Below are positions 9,023 to 19,547 of a DNA stretch of 64,000 nt, piece after piece (the first letter of the stretch is position 1; every line of letters starts with the position of its first letter). The position numbers and the translations under genes were made by a program. Under the pieces are notes generated by a model that worked only from the letters and a program-made list of their open reading frames with translations, was not told the DNA's origin and made no database searches. The stretch is from positions 1 to 64,000 of IMG/VR virus record IMGVR_UViG_3300012952_002053; one strand, 5' to 3'. Source of the DNA: a virus. Taxonomy: Duplodnaviria; Caudoviricetes.

Positions 9023-9228
9023 CTATATATAAATGGATCGTTCTTTCGAATCTGTTCAAGTTTCTTTTTAAGTAACTCTTCTTCCTCTTCTGATAATTCA
9101 ACGTCATCTAAGTCTACGTCCACGTCCTTCTGTGTGTTGTCTGTAATCGGATTGCCTTGCAAGTCTCCCATGTCAACGACCTTATCAGGTTCGCCTAATC
9201 CGTTCATGTCTTCTTTGTCTTTATTCAT
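9019..9228 (-). CDS. Small acidic hypothetical protein (69 aa)
   Basis: Coupled by overlaps on both sides. Asp/Glu-rich, with C-terminal RKNDPFIYR. Confidence 0.65.
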   Translation of the reverse strand: MNKDKEDMNGLGEPDKVVDMGDLQGNPITDNTQKDVDVDLDDVELSEEEEELLKKKLEQIRKNDPFIYR

Positions 9229-9955
9229 TATCTAACCTTTGTTTTATTTTGTTAAAGTATTTTTCATGTACAACTTTATCTGCATGTAGCCAATCTGAAA
9301 AATGTTCTTTATGTGTGTCTTTGTATTGGTCAACAAAACTATCATACGGTTCTATAAATGTATCAAATGGAAATGTTTTTAGCATGTGCTCTATATTTAA
9401 AAATTCCCATTGCCCTTCATCCATCTTAGCACAATTATTAACTTGAATATATTCTACATTGTTGCTTTTTAAAAAAGCATCTAGTAAAGTAATATTTATT
9501 ACACGTTTAATTCTACCGAAGTCAAAGTCGGTATGATATAATTGCAATGCTTTAAACCAGTTCTCAAATTTAGGACCTTTACCTTCTTTATAGAAAGGTC
9601 TCCAATCACAACCATTGGCCCAATGAAAGTGTTCCATTGTGTTGTTGTTTTCATGTGTAAATTCTATACGTTCGTCTGTAGTCCATCCTATTACTACTGC
9701 AAGTTCACTAGGTTCCCTGCCTTGTGTTAGCCATTTGTTTACAAAATGCATTACACTTCTAACCATATACTCATTACTGCCACCTGGCTCTGAATCGTTA
9801 ATGTAATGTAATCCATAATGCTTTGCTAACAGTCCGGGCCATGCATATTTAATAGACTCGTGTGTTCTAGCAGTATTGCCAAACTCTATAACTTCACTGC
9901 CTGCCATATGGCTACAACCTACTGCGTACATATACTTTTTATTTGTTATGTCCAA
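9221..9955 (-). CDS. SGNH/GDSL hydrolase-like protein (possible acyltransferase or esterase)
   Basis: Block I GCSH, block II PGGSN, VIGWT, block V DWLH (DxxH). Confidence 0.7.
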   Translation of the reverse strand: MDITNKKYMYAVGCSHMAGSEVIEFGNTARTHESIKYAWPGLLAKHYGLHYINDSEPGGSNEYMVRSVMHFVNKWLTQGREPSELAVVIGWTTDERIEFTHENNNTMEHFHWANGCDWRPFYKEGKGPKFENWFKALQLYHTDFDFGRIKRVINITLLDAFLKSNNVEYIQVNNCAKMDEGQWEFLNIEHMLKTFPFDTFIEPYDSFVDQYKDTHKEHFSDWLHADKVVHEKYFNKIKQRLDNE

Positions 9956-11247
9956 TTTAATCTACTCCATAGTTGTGGCAAACTTTGTTCTATGCTTTGG
10001 TCTCTTTTCTCATCTAATAGTAATGTGTACTTTTTAAATATTTCCATTTGTTGTTCTGCATCGTCATTTACATTACTGTCATCTAATGCATTGATTAATC
10101 CTAATATACTTTGCTTGTTACGTTCATCATTATCAAAGTATGTGCTTTTGTTTAACCATTGCTGTAAATTTGTTTGTGCTTCAACTCTTATATCCTTAGG
10201 CAAGTTTCTTATGTCTAAACATTTAGGATAGTTGTTTAATAAAAAACTAATATCTATTCTACGTCCTGTGTCTGCTAGTATCTGTTCTGCATAGTCAAGT
10301 AAGTCTGTTATTGTTAGTATGTTATATATTTGTACAACTGGACTAAACAATATATTACCAACAACATCAGATGTTGCATAGTCTCTGATATGCTTGTCTA
10401 CAATACTCCAAGTACTTCCACTTCTAATATATTCGTTTGTTGTTCCATAGCCATCAACACTTAAACACATCAACACATCTTTAAACTTGGCTATTAAGTC
10501 TAAAAACCTTGGTTGTATGTTTGTCATATTACTATTAAATACTAAATCTATATTATCGTTTATTCCGAGCTCGACGCATTTTTCGAGGATCCAATACACA
10601 CGTTGGATAATTGTGGGCTCACCCCCTGTGAAGTAAAGCCTGTTGACACTAGGCAACCATGTTTCCACTGTGCTAAGGAACCCAGGATCATCAAACCAAG
10701 GCTGAGTGTAATCACTGAAATCATTCCAATGACTTGTTTCCACGATAAACTTTCTTTCTTCTTCATTATATAATTCCTCATCTTTTAATTCTTTATAGAT
10801 GGCACTACTGTTTTGACTCTGACACATTCTGCAACGCAAGTTACATAATGTTCCTAATCTAAAATCTAAGTACTGTGGTGATTCTTCCACCACATAATCA
10901 TTGTCAATACTTTTATCAATAATTTGTTGTATTTGTTCTGCATTAGGATGAAAGCCTAACCAGTCCTTTATATAGTTTTCCCTATAACTAGGTATTCCTA
11001 AATCTTCTAAATCATAGCAAGGCTCACATCCGTCTACACGTTCGCCTTCTATCATTTGACGTCTTATCTTTTTATAATGATTGTTATTCCAAACTGTGCC
11101 TATGTCATCACCTTTGTTTAACATCAATATACTTCCGTCATCATTCTTTATCTGTCCATTAGCAACACAACAAAAGTTTACAGTACTGCTAGGTTGTGTC
11201 ATTACATGTATCCAAGGATAAGGACAAAACGTTTTACTATATGTCAT
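9946..11247 (-). CDS. N-terminal twitch-domain radical SAM protein #1
   Basis: FCPYPWIH..CC..CEPC auxiliary-cluster motif, CNLRCRMC, FTGGEP, SNMTN, SVDG. Start at 11247 after a GGAG SD; the track starts at 11271. Confidence 0.9.
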   Translation of the reverse strand: MTYSKTFCPYPWIHVMTQPSSTVNFCCVANGQIKNDDGSILMLNKGDDIGTVWNNNHYKKIRRQMIEGERVDGCEPCYDLEDLGIPSYRENYIKDWLGFHPNAEQIQQIIDKSIDNDYVVEESPQYLDFRLGTLCNLRCRMCQSQNSSAIYKELKDEELYNEEERKFIVETSHWNDFSDYTQPWFDDPGFLSTVETWLPSVNRLYFTGGEPTIIQRVYWILEKCVELGINDNIDLVFNSNMTNIQPRFLDLIAKFKDVLMCLSVDGYGTTNEYIRSGSTWSIVDKHIRDYATSDVVGNILFSPVVQIYNILTITDLLDYAEQILADTGRRIDISFLLNNYPKCLDIRNLPKDIRVEAQTNLQQWLNKSTYFDNDERNKQSILGLINALDDSNVNDDAEQQMEIFKKYTLLLDEKRDQSIEQSLPQLWSRLNWT

Positions 11248-11860
11248 GTTTGTCTCCATACCTTGTATCAAATTCTATTTTACCATATGCAACTGCTATG
11301 TCTGAGTATCTTGCATGACAGTTAGTAATAAATTTTCTTACATTATCATAATCTTCTATTGCGTCCTCATGCTTTATAGACTTCTTGTGTTCTAAATGAC
11401 TCCAATCTTCTTGTAGTAATTGTTCCATAGTAACATGCTTTATAGATTTCCAAGGAAGAAACTTAGTTACATATTTCATATATGTATTAAAACTCACATG
11501 TCTAATTACTTCTCGTTTAATTGTTTGCTTGTCTACTACAATCTTTTCAGGTAAGTCTGCAACTCCATGCCAAACATCTGTGTGATGAGATACAATACTA
11601 CTACATATTTGGCTAGTAATATTTCCTCTAGTGTTTACAATCAAATCCCAATCCTGTGTTTGTTCTGGTAATTGTTTTAAATGACATTGCACTATAAAAT
11701 CAAAATCAAATGGAAAGAAACTTTCAGTTATTTGATATTCATATAAGGATTGTTGTTCATGCGTTGCTGTAAAGTAAACTTTATATCCGTCTTGCTCATA
11801 CTCGTCTAACAGCAAATGCGATCCTGTTCTACCTGATGTTTTTAATAATACTCTACTCAT
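11237..11860 (-). CDS. Sulfotransferase-like protein
   Basis: N-terminal strand followed by SGRTGSHLL (5'-phosphosulfate-binding-like loop). VNTRGN..QICS resembles the 3'-PB region. Confidence 0.5.
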   Translation of the reverse strand: MSRVLLKTSGRTGSHLLLDEYEQDGYKVYFTATHEQQSLYEYQITESFFPFDFDFIVQCHLKQLPEQTQDWDLIVNTRGNITSQICSSIVSHHTDVWHGVADLPEKIVVDKQTIKREVIRHVSFNTYMKYVTKFLPWKSIKHVTMEQLLQEDWSHLEHKKSIKHEDAIEDYDNVRKFITNCHARYSDIAVAYGKIEFDTRYGDKHDI

Positions 11861-13101
11861 ATCCTGTCGTGCTTATCTAATAATTTTATTTCGTCCATAG
11901 TACCCATTAGTTCCATAGCATTCTGACTTTCTGCTTTAAAGTATGGCTCCATATATTTCCATAATTCAGGAAACGTATCTGCTAAACTTTCATCTCTATA
12001 CTTGTCACTGAAACTTGTTTGTCTAACAAACTCATCCATGTATCCGTCATAGTGTTCTTGGTTCATAAAGTTTAATGTACTTTGTATTCTTGGATCATTG
12101 TTTCCTCTAAACTTTTCTGTTATAACATTCTTTATATTTTTAGGTAATGCTTTAGGACTTATGTGCTGTGGTACATACACCATATTAAAATGTATCTCAC
12201 CATCTATGTTATGTTCTGCATCATACTTTAATAATTCATCCATATACATAACATTAAAAATACTTACAGTATAGAAAACATTAGTTCTAATAAAGTTTGT
12301 ATTCTTAAACTTCCAATAGTTTTCTATTACTTCATCGAACTGTTGTGGATGTCTTATGTAATTAAACCTTTCACCTACTCCGTCTATACTAAAGAACACT
12401 TGTACATCTTTAAATTCTTTTAGCAAGTCCATGTGTTGTTTTGGATATATAGAACCATTTGTATTATAACTTAACGTAATATCTTTTGCTCTACCTTTGT
12501 CTACAAGTGTTTGTAATATATCAAAGTGTCTTTTTATTAAGAAAGGCTCACCACCAAAAAACTCTAAACTTTCTACTTCTTCAATTTGATTTTCTATGTC
12601 GTCCCAAAACTTTTCGTTTAGTTCGGGCCAACGTCCTAGTCTACCCATGAGGTGTGCAAACTGATTAGTTTCACCATCACGTTCTATTTCTTCTGGTACC
12701 CATTGACTACTAGCAAAGCCTGTACATATTCTACATTTGGTATTACATATATTTCCTAATTTTAAATCCATGCTCTTAGGCTTTGTATGTTCTAAATTAT
12801 CTATATGATGAGGAAACTTTTTAAGTTCACGTAATCGTTTACTTTCTATACCTGCTTCTTCTTCGTTCCAGCAGTTATAACATGACTCAGGCTTTTTACC
12901 ATCTAAAAAGTCTTGCTTAAGATTTGCTAACCATTCGCTATCCCATGCATCTTTTAATGTATGACCATCTGCTAAATTTATCCCTGGTGCTGTTTCTTGC
13001 ATTACACAGCACACACCAATCTCCCCATTGGTGCGAGCCTCTTGGTTTATCCAAGGCAATATGCAAAAATGTTCTGGTCTAGTCATCTCGTTCCTCATCA
13101 T
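11857..13101 (-). CDS. N-terminal twitch-domain radical SAM protein #2
   Basis: FCILPW..CC..CYNC, CNTKCRIC, FFGGEP, YNTNG, SIDG. The real start may be 13086. Confidence 0.9.
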   Translation of the reverse strand: MMRNEMTRPEHFCILPWINQEARTNGEIGVCCVMQETAPGINLADGHTLKDAWDSEWLANLKQDFLDGKKPESCYNCWNEEEAGIESKRLRELKKFPHHIDNLEHTKPKSMDLKLGNICNTKCRICTGFASSQWVPEEIERDGETNQFAHLMGRLGRWPELNEKFWDDIENQIEEVESLEFFGGEPFLIKRHFDILQTLVDKGRAKDITLSYNTNGSIYPKQHMDLLKEFKDVQVFFSIDGVGERFNYIRHPQQFDEVIENYWKFKNTNFIRTNVFYTVSIFNVMYMDELLKYDAEHNIDGEIHFNMVYVPQHISPKALPKNIKNVITEKFRGNNDPRIQSTLNFMNQEHYDGYMDEFVRQTSFSDKYRDESLADTFPELWKYMEPYFKAESQNAMELMGTMDEIKLLDKHDRI

Positions 13102-14389
13102 ACCACGGTCTTAAATCTTCTAATTCAGGAAACACTTGGAACAAGTTCTCTGCTCTAAACCTATCCATCTCTTTTGCTTCTTGTAAACTATCAGATAATA
13201 AATGACTATCATCGCCATCCATAAACTGATGTAAACTTTTAAACGTGTCTGTTACACGACCTACGGTATCTCTATCTCCAATCCATTCTAATGTTTCTTC
13301 AATATTCTTTTGTACTTGCTTTCTCATGTGTTCAGGTAATACTGTTGCTCTGTGAACATGCTTACCAAGTAAAATGTTTACGCCAAAGTCTTTTGGCTCT
13401 ATGAATCCTATATCACATAGTTCTCTATAAAAGTTGCATACATCTAAAGCATTAAACATGCTGACAGTACAACTAATATTAAAATCTGTATCGGGCAGTT
13501 CTTTTTTCATACGTTCTCTATTAGCAAGTGTTTCATTCCATATGGTACCTTTACGCAGATACTCTCCTCTTTTCCATCCTGCATCTAAACTTGCACCAAC
13601 ACTTACCTCATCAAACTTTTTCCATAACTCTATGGCGTCTTGTTCTTTATAAACTAATTTACTAAAGTTTGTATTATAAAAAATTCTCATAGGAGTATCT
13701 TTTTTGGTTCTGCCCATTTCTACTAACTTGTTCATTATATACCAATGCTCGTCCATTATCAATGGCTCACCACCTGCCCAATATATTTTCTCCACAGTAT
13801 CTAAGTATGGATCAAACTGTTCCATAAATTCTGTATTACCTTTTCTTATTTGCAGTATGGGTGTAGGGTTTGTAGGAGTTCTATTAAACTTACTGTCCGT
13901 TGCATCATGGAACCACTGGCTACTTAAATCAGGTCCACATGTTCTACATCTCATGTTACAGATATTACTAAAACGTATGTCCATATAAGTTAAGTGTACT
14001 TTGTCTACACTACCATCTACATTTGTTTGTTGTACTATATCTGCTTTACTTTTATGTATGTCAAACTTTTCTGAAATAAATTCACTGTTGCTACGTTTAC
14101 GCAGAGTGTCATGTCCTATGTCTTCTAACTCCCAACATCTAGAACAGTTGTCTATACGTTTGCCATTTAACATATCAAGTCTAAACTTTTTCATGTTATC
14201 ACTATTGTAACATTCGTCTAAGTCCATTTCATTTAAGTTACCGATTGGACTATGGTGTTCACTTAAACAACAAGTAAACACTCTGCCATCGGGCCAAGGG
14301 TGCATGTGTATCCATGGTAGGATACAAAACGCATCGCCTTTGGCTAACTCTTTAATCTCTTCTATTGTTTTATTAATTTTATTATCCAT
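13079..14389 (-). CDS. N-terminal twitch-domain radical SAM protein #3
   Basis: FCILPWIH..CC..CSRC, CNMRCRTC, WAGGEP, YNTNF, SLDA. Probable start at 14389; the track starts at 14434. Confidence 0.9.
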   Translation of the reverse strand: MDNKINKTIEEIKELAKGDAFCILPWIHMHPWPDGRVFTCCLSEHHSPIGNLNEMDLDECYNSDNMKKFRLDMLNGKRIDNCSRCWELEDIGHDTLRKRSNSEFISEKFDIHKSKADIVQQTNVDGSVDKVHLTYMDIRFSNICNMRCRTCGPDLSSQWFHDATDSKFNRTPTNPTPILQIRKGNTEFMEQFDPYLDTVEKIYWAGGEPLIMDEHWYIMNKLVEMGRTKKDTPMRIFYNTNFSKLVYKEQDAIELWKKFDEVSVGASLDAGWKRGEYLRKGTIWNETLANRERMKKELPDTDFNISCTVSMFNALDVCNFYRELCDIGFIEPKDFGVNILLGKHVHRATVLPEHMRKQVQKNIEETLEWIGDRDTVGRVTDTFKSLHQFMDGDDSHLLSDSLQEAKEMDRFRAENLFQVFPELEDLRPWYDEERDD

Positions 14390-15129
14390 GCGTTCAAGTC
14401 CCACTCCCACCAACGTTCTCCTCCTTGATGCCAAGCACCAGGTTTGTTATGGTGGTTGTTATGCCAACCCTCTCCAAATGTTATTAAGTTTACTAAGTGG
14501 TGGTTTACACTTTCATCTTTTGTGTCCCATGTTCTATATCCCAACCACTTTAATCCTTTGCCATGTCCCCATGTGTTAAAGGCACCTGTTGCCCATACAC
14601 ATAAACTTGCTGGCACAAGGTATGCATAAATTATTAGCATAGGATCTATTACTGCTAGTATAGAACAGTATGCCAATATGTATGCAAAGAAATAATGATG
14701 TGCATTCATTACATCTTTATTTTTAATCCAGTCTTTTGCATTACGCAAATTCCAACGTCCTGTATCTGTTAAGTCTAATGTCCAACTTTGAAACAGACTC
14801 ATATGATGTGGGCTATGTGGATCTAACTCTTTGTCAGAGTATTTGTGATGTTCTCTGTGAGTTACTATATAACCAAATACAGAACTTACACTTGCCAACG
14901 TTGCACTTACTATTAATATTCGTTCCCAAAACTTATTAGTTTTAAATACTTTATGAGCAAAGTATCTATGTTGCCCAACACTATTACCTATACTTGCAAA
15001 CCAAAAATATACTGCTAGTGATATCCACCAGTAGTTGCTTGGTCCTAGTACCACAGCCGTAGCAAGTCCTAAATGCATTAAGCATCTAAGTATTACTAAC
15101 TTAGGTCTAGTAAATGCTAGTATTTCCAC
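14362..15129 (-). CDS. Membrane fatty-acid desaturase (delta-9 / DesC-OLE1-like)
   Basis: Three His boxes HRYFAH, HREHH and GEGWHNNHH, plus DPHSP and hydrophobic helices. Confidence 0.92.
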   Translation of the reverse strand: MEILAFTRPKLVILRCLMHLGLATAVVLGPSNYWWISLAVYFWFASIGNSVGQHRYFAHKVFKTNKFWERILIVSATLASVSSVFGYIVTHREHHKYSDKELDPHSPHHMSLFQSWTLDLTDTGRWNLRNAKDWIKNKDVMNAHHYFFAYILAYCSILAVIDPMLIIYAYLVPASLCVWATGAFNTWGHGKGLKWLGYRTWDTKDESVNHHLVNLITFGEGWHNNHHNKPGAWHQGGERWWEWDLNAWIIKLIKQ

Positions 15130-16357
15130 TTTCTTCTACCTTGCTTACGAGCTCACTGAATATTTTTCTCCAGTCACTCTTATCATTATTATCCATTAAA
15201 TCGTTGTAACGACAAAACTGTTCCCACTTCAACTCGTCCCATTCGTCATTATTGAACATGCTTAATAACGTTCCGAGTTTGTGGTCATTACCCAATGCTT
15301 CTCTAAATTTTGTATGTATCAACTCTCTCGCCTTAACCGGTATTACCGCAGGACTTAGGTAATCAGGATCATACACGAAGTTCATGTCAACCTCTATCCC
15401 AATGCTGTTTGCCCATTCGAAAAACTCAGGTAATGTCGCATAGTTATATGCACTCACAGTTTGTGTTATCCTTAATGTTAATTTATCTTTATTATCTAAA
15501 AGTTTACTGACTGTATTATTTACAGCCTGCCAACTTGTTCCAGTTCTTATAAATGCATTACGTTCATGTAAGTCATCTATACTAAGACAAATCCTTGCTT
15601 CTTTAAACTCGGGCCATAGTTCCAAAGCAATTGGTGGTAACATTGTGCAATTAATATTATACCATAGTGTAATATTTTTGCTTCTACCACTCTCTACTAA
15701 CTTTCGTAAGTATTCCCAATGTTGTTTTATTAATGTTGGTTCTCCTCCATTAATATAAAGTACTTCTAAATTTGGAGCAGAGTTATATAAGTCTTCATAA
15801 AAATTATCATCCTCTGCCCACTTAAAGTCTTCAGGAAAATTTAATCCTAAGTAACCTTTGTTGATGAAGTCTGCTTTCTCAACAATGTCTTTGTAATCTT
15901 CCAACCACTTACTACTACTTGCCGGATTGCAAGTACGACAGCGGACGTTACATACATTACCAAGACGCAACTCAACAAAACGAAGGTCCATAGGAATACT
16001 GCCATCTTCCCTAGTAATCCCACTCGCCCAATCAAAGGAGTTTTGTGGAAAAACTGTTTTCTCATGGTCACGTTTGGATTTAATTCCTTTATCTTCTTCA
16101 TTGTAGCACCTCATACATGCCTTAGGCATCTTATTATTTAACATATCTAAGCGAACTTCTTTATAGTAGTCACTATTCATATGTTCTTCTATCGTTTGTT
16201 TATTTAAATCAAAGAATTCGTTGTGTTCCTCCTTATAATTCCTTGCTCGGTTCAAGCCGTCAGTATGGTCACTTATACAACATAGTGTCACGCCACCGTG
16301 CGGATGTGTTGCTAAATGTTGCCAAGGTAGTGGGCAAAATGTATCTGGTCTACTCAA
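15107..16357 (-). CDS. N-terminal twitch-domain radical SAM protein #4
   Basis: FCPLPWQH..CC..CMRC, CNVRCRTC, INGGEP, SIDD. Confidence 0.9.
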   Translation of the reverse strand: MSRPDTFCPLPWQHLATHPHGGVTLCCISDHTDGLNRARNYKEEHNEFFDLNKQTIEEHMNSDYYKEVRLDMLNNKMPKACMRCYNEEDKGIKSKRDHEKTVFPQNSFDWASGITREDGSIPMDLRFVELRLGNVCNVRCRTCNPASSSKWLEDYKDIVEKADFINKGYLGLNFPEDFKWAEDDNFYEDLYNSAPNLEVLYINGGEPTLIKQHWEYLRKLVESGRSKNITLWYNINCTMLPPIALELWPEFKEARICLSIDDLHERNAFIRTGTSWQAVNNTVSKLLDNKDKLTLRITQTVSAYNYATLPEFFEWANSIGIEVDMNFVYDPDYLSPAVIPVKARELIHTKFREALGNDHKLGTLLSMFNNDEWDELKWEQFCRYNDLMDNNDKSDWRKIFSELVSKVEESGNTSIY

Positions 16358-17787
16358 TTGCTATACTCCCCTTGACTGACAGGCAGGAACCCTGCTGTCG
16401 ACACAGTTTCATATTCATGAATATAATCAAATGATGATTTAACTAATTCATACAGTTCAGGAAATACCTGAACAAAGTTTTCTTCTCTGTATATATCACC
16501 TCCAACTATTTGTGATTTAAAAATTTCCCATTTCTTTTCTATACTACGTTCGTCAAAGAATTTTAATTTACTTTCATCGAACTTATTTCTTAAACTATCT
16601 ACTACACTAGAACCATTCTCATATAGTGGAGAGTTCATAAAATCTATTAATGCTTGTATCTCACTTTTGTATTGAGGCAACCATTCATGTCTTAATAGTT
16701 TGTCTGTAATTATTTTTTTAGCATTAGCCGGCAATACACTTGCACATATCCATTTAGGATAGTGTACAGCATTGTTCCATATCTTAAAGTTTGGATAATG
16801 TTGTTTAAAGTAATCGTGAAACTCTGGCAAGTACATTATATTTAATGCACTTACAGTATGTGTAATTTGTACAAATACTGGATACTCACTGTTGTGCAAT
16901 TCATAATAGTAATCTAAATTTTGTTTTACTTCACTCCAATCACCTGGATGTCGTAAGTATGTGAACCTGTCTTCTATACCATCTATGCTTACACTAAATG
17001 CCAAGTCCTTAAAGTTCTTTGCCATCTTATCTAAAAAGTTTTTGTCTGCAATAGTTCCATTAGTGCTAAGTGTGAGTGCTATCTTTTTTGACCTACCTGT
17101 TTCAATTAGTATATCTACAAAACGTTTGAACTCTTTCATATAAAAAGGTTCACCGCCCATTATTTCTAAACGTAATACTTCAGAAGTCCACTCGTCCATT
17201 GTTTTCCAAAATGCACTATTCTCCATATCGTTCATATGTATCTTTGCTGTAGTTTCCCAAAAAGGAATATTTCTATCTACTGCTTCTTCTTTCCATTTAC
17301 TGCTATAGTTTGTATTGCAACTTCTACATTTTAAGTTACAAGTGTTATCAAATATTAATTGTGCGTCTATTAATCTATCTGGTTCTTCGTCCCACACTAT
17401 AGCATCTTTGCCGTACCATTGCTTGTAGTAATCATTGTACTGCATACGTTTAGATACTTTACCATTATCTTCATCTATCCAACATGTTTGACAGTTGCCT
17501 ATGTCTTGTCCATTCCTGATTTGATTTCTGTACTCTCGCATAGTATCGCTTTTTAAAATATCAAGCATACCATGTTCTCCCAAGTTAAAATCTTGTCCTT
17601 GGTTATCTTTAATTCTTTCTGTAGCAATACAACAAGTTCTTACAGTACCGCCCGGCTCATTACTGATATGACTCCACAGCAAGGCACAGTACTTGTAGTC
17701 TGGATCAAAAAGTTGCTTTTCTTCGTGTGCCTGATATTGGAACCCGAATCTATTTTGCTTGGCTGTTGTCATAATTTTCTTTAACAA
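16354..17787 (-). CDS. N-terminal twitch-domain radical SAM protein #5
   Basis: YCALLWSH..CC..CQTC, CNLKCRSC, IMGGEP, STNG, SIDG. The real start may be 17772. Confidence 0.9.
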   Translation of the reverse strand: MLKKIMTTAKQNRFGFQYQAHEEKQLFDPDYKYCALLWSHISNEPGGTVRTCCIATERIKDNQGQDFNLGEHGMLDILKSDTMREYRNQIRNGQDIGNCQTCWIDEDNGKVSKRMQYNDYYKQWYGKDAIVWDEEPDRLIDAQLIFDNTCNLKCRSCNTNYSSKWKEEAVDRNIPFWETTAKIHMNDMENSAFWKTMDEWTSEVLRLEIMGGEPFYMKEFKRFVDILIETGRSKKIALTLSTNGTIADKNFLDKMAKNFKDLAFSVSIDGIEDRFTYLRHPGDWSEVKQNLDYYYELHNSEYPVFVQITHTVSALNIMYLPEFHDYFKQHYPNFKIWNNAVHYPKWICASVLPANAKKIITDKLLRHEWLPQYKSEIQALIDFMNSPLYENGSSVVDSLRNKFDESKLKFFDERSIEKKWEIFKSQIVGGDIYREENFVQVFPELYELVKSSFDYIHEYETVSTAGFLPVSQGEYSN

Positions 17788-18769
17788 ATTTACTTAAACA
17801 GAGCCTTGTTGTTAAATTTCCTCTGTTTATATCTTTATATTTTGCATTGCGACTGAGTGCCCACAGAACACTATTAGTGATTAACAAATCGTGTGCAGAA
17901 CATAAATCATAGTATGCATCGTAATATTTATGTGGTATGTAGTCTGGAGTCCAGTTGTTCATACAATGTACACCTATTTTACATGCGAAGTTATTTACTA
18001 TACCGTTTTGATTTCCAAAGGTTACAGGATCATCTACTAATGTTTTCTGGTATCTTATACCTGCTCTTGCTCCAATAATAGGAAATGTTTTACCTAAACT
18101 AAAACAAATTTCTTCTATAGCAGGATATCTTTCTGTATCAATATCTATGTTTACACATGTACCAAAGTATGCCATGTCTAGTAAAACTGGAACCTCACAC
18201 TGGTTTGCTAAGTCCATCCAACGGTCAAAGTCATCTGGGAACCTTGCAGTATCACTGAAAGGACAACTTACTATTAAAGCATCTCCATATTCTATTGTTC
18301 CGTTATCATCTATCCATTCCCAATCCACATCTGCAACATTACTTGCAACTTTATGCATCATAAAATCACCTTGAAAGAATTTGAATCTTCTTTGATTGTG
18401 TCTAAGCATAAACATTGTAAATGCTTCAGATGTTCCGTTTGTAATAGAAGCAAAATTTAGATTATCAAATTTCACATTGTTAAGTGTGCTACTGTAAATC
18501 CATCTTTTAAATATTTCTCTGAATTCATCTTGTATAGGATGTACTCCATTTGCTACAAAAAAGCCATCCCAATTTGTTGACCTCATATAGTCAACAAGTT
18601 CTTTTGTTACATACTCATCTTGAATAGCATAGCCACCTTTAAATGCTTCTGCTGGAACATCTGCTATATCAAGTGTTTGAAAGCCTGTTTCTTTTACTTC
18701 GTCAGAGTGGAGTGGATTATTATAGCCATGCATCCACCAATTGTTGTTTGGGTTAAGAGTCTTTATCAT
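17750..18769 (-). CDS. PLP-dependent enzyme, fold type I (aminotransferase-like)
   Basis: ITNGTSEAF, IVSCPF, VLLDMAYF (PLP-contacting Asp), FSLGKTFP (Schiff-base Lys), RAGIRY. Confidence 0.75.
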   Translation of the reverse strand: MIKTLNPNNNWWMHGYNNPLHSDEVKETGFQTLDIADVPAEAFKGGYAIQDEYVTKELVDYMRSTNWDGFFVANGVHPIQDEFREIFKRWIYSSTLNNVKFDNLNFASITNGTSEAFTMFMLRHNQRRFKFFQGDFMMHKVASNVADVDWEWIDDNGTIEYGDALIVSCPFSDTARFPDDFDRWMDLANQCEVPVLLDMAYFGTCVNIDIDTERYPAIEEICFSLGKTFPIIGARAGIRYQKTLVDDPVTFGNQNGIVNNFACKIGVHCMNNWTPDYIPHKYYDAYYDLCSAHDLLITNSVLWALSRNAKYKDINRGNLTTRLCLSKFVKENYDNSQAK

Positions 18770-19544
18770 CTAAATTTCCATGTCCGTATTCTGAATCTAC
18801 ATGGTATGGCTGATTCTTATCTTTGTCATACCAATATAAACTTTTGTGTGGTGGGTCTCGCCAATCGTGAATACTATCACTGATGTAATAGAATAACCTA
18901 AAGCCTACTCTAAATTTGTCATCAGGACAGTCAATTGGATTTGGGTGTCCATGGAAGCCACGTTTATGATATTTCCATACAACTACATTGCCCATCATTG
19001 GTGGGTAACTTGTTATTCTTTTCTTTTTATCAAAATCCCAAAACTGTAAGTCACCATGCCAATCCTTTTCCCATTCTGGTGTAAAGTATAGTATTAAACT
19101 TAATGCTCTGTGTGTTTGACATTCTTCGTTCCAATTAAAGTCTGTATGTATTTTTAAACTATCACCTTTGTAACTTTTCATGTATCCCGCCCCCACAAGA
19201 TACGGATCAGGAAGTAGATGTTGTACGTCACATATTTTGCTTAACCATTTTAAAAATGGTTTACTATGCATTGCACTTACAACTGCTCGGGCAACTGGTG
19301 CCTCTTCTAAATCCTTGCACTCTTCCATATAACTACCTGCTCTAGTAAAGGTTGACCAATACTGTTTGGGTATAGTTAAACTTTCTTCGTAAAGTGCTTG
19401 TGATACTTTTTCAGGAATAAAATCTTCTAGATGCAAAGTAGGATAAGGAGGGGTATAGCGATACTGTTCATTTAACTGACGCATCTCTTCTTTCTTACCC
19501 CACTTAGCAAAGATATAATCTAGTATTTCCTGATCCGTAATCAT
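18753..19544 (-). CDS. 2OG-Fe(II) oxygenase
   Basis: LKIHTDFN (HxD), RALSLILY, GDLQFWD, FHGHP (distal His), RVGFR. Confidence 0.88.
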   Translation of the reverse strand: MITDQEILDYIFAKWGKKEEMRQLNEQYRYTPPYPTLHLEDFIPEKVSQALYEESLTIPKQYWSTFTRAGSYMEECKDLEEAPVARAVVSAMHSKPFLKWLSKICDVQHLLPDPYLVGAGYMKSYKGDSLKIHTDFNWNEECQTHRALSLILYFTPEWEKDWHGDLQFWDFDKKKRITSYPPMMGNVVVWKYHKRGFHGHPNPIDCPDDKFRVGFRLFYYISDSIHDWRDPPHKSLYWYDKDKNQPYHVDSEYGHGNLDDKDS

Positions 19545-19547
19545 ATC

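Noticed and set aside
10560-10781. Same-strand overlapping ORFs (10560-10781, 15847-16101, 50189-50389, 61342-61542)
   Set aside because: Alternate-frame ORFs inside conserved genes. They are expected where local GC is higher and have no initiation signals.
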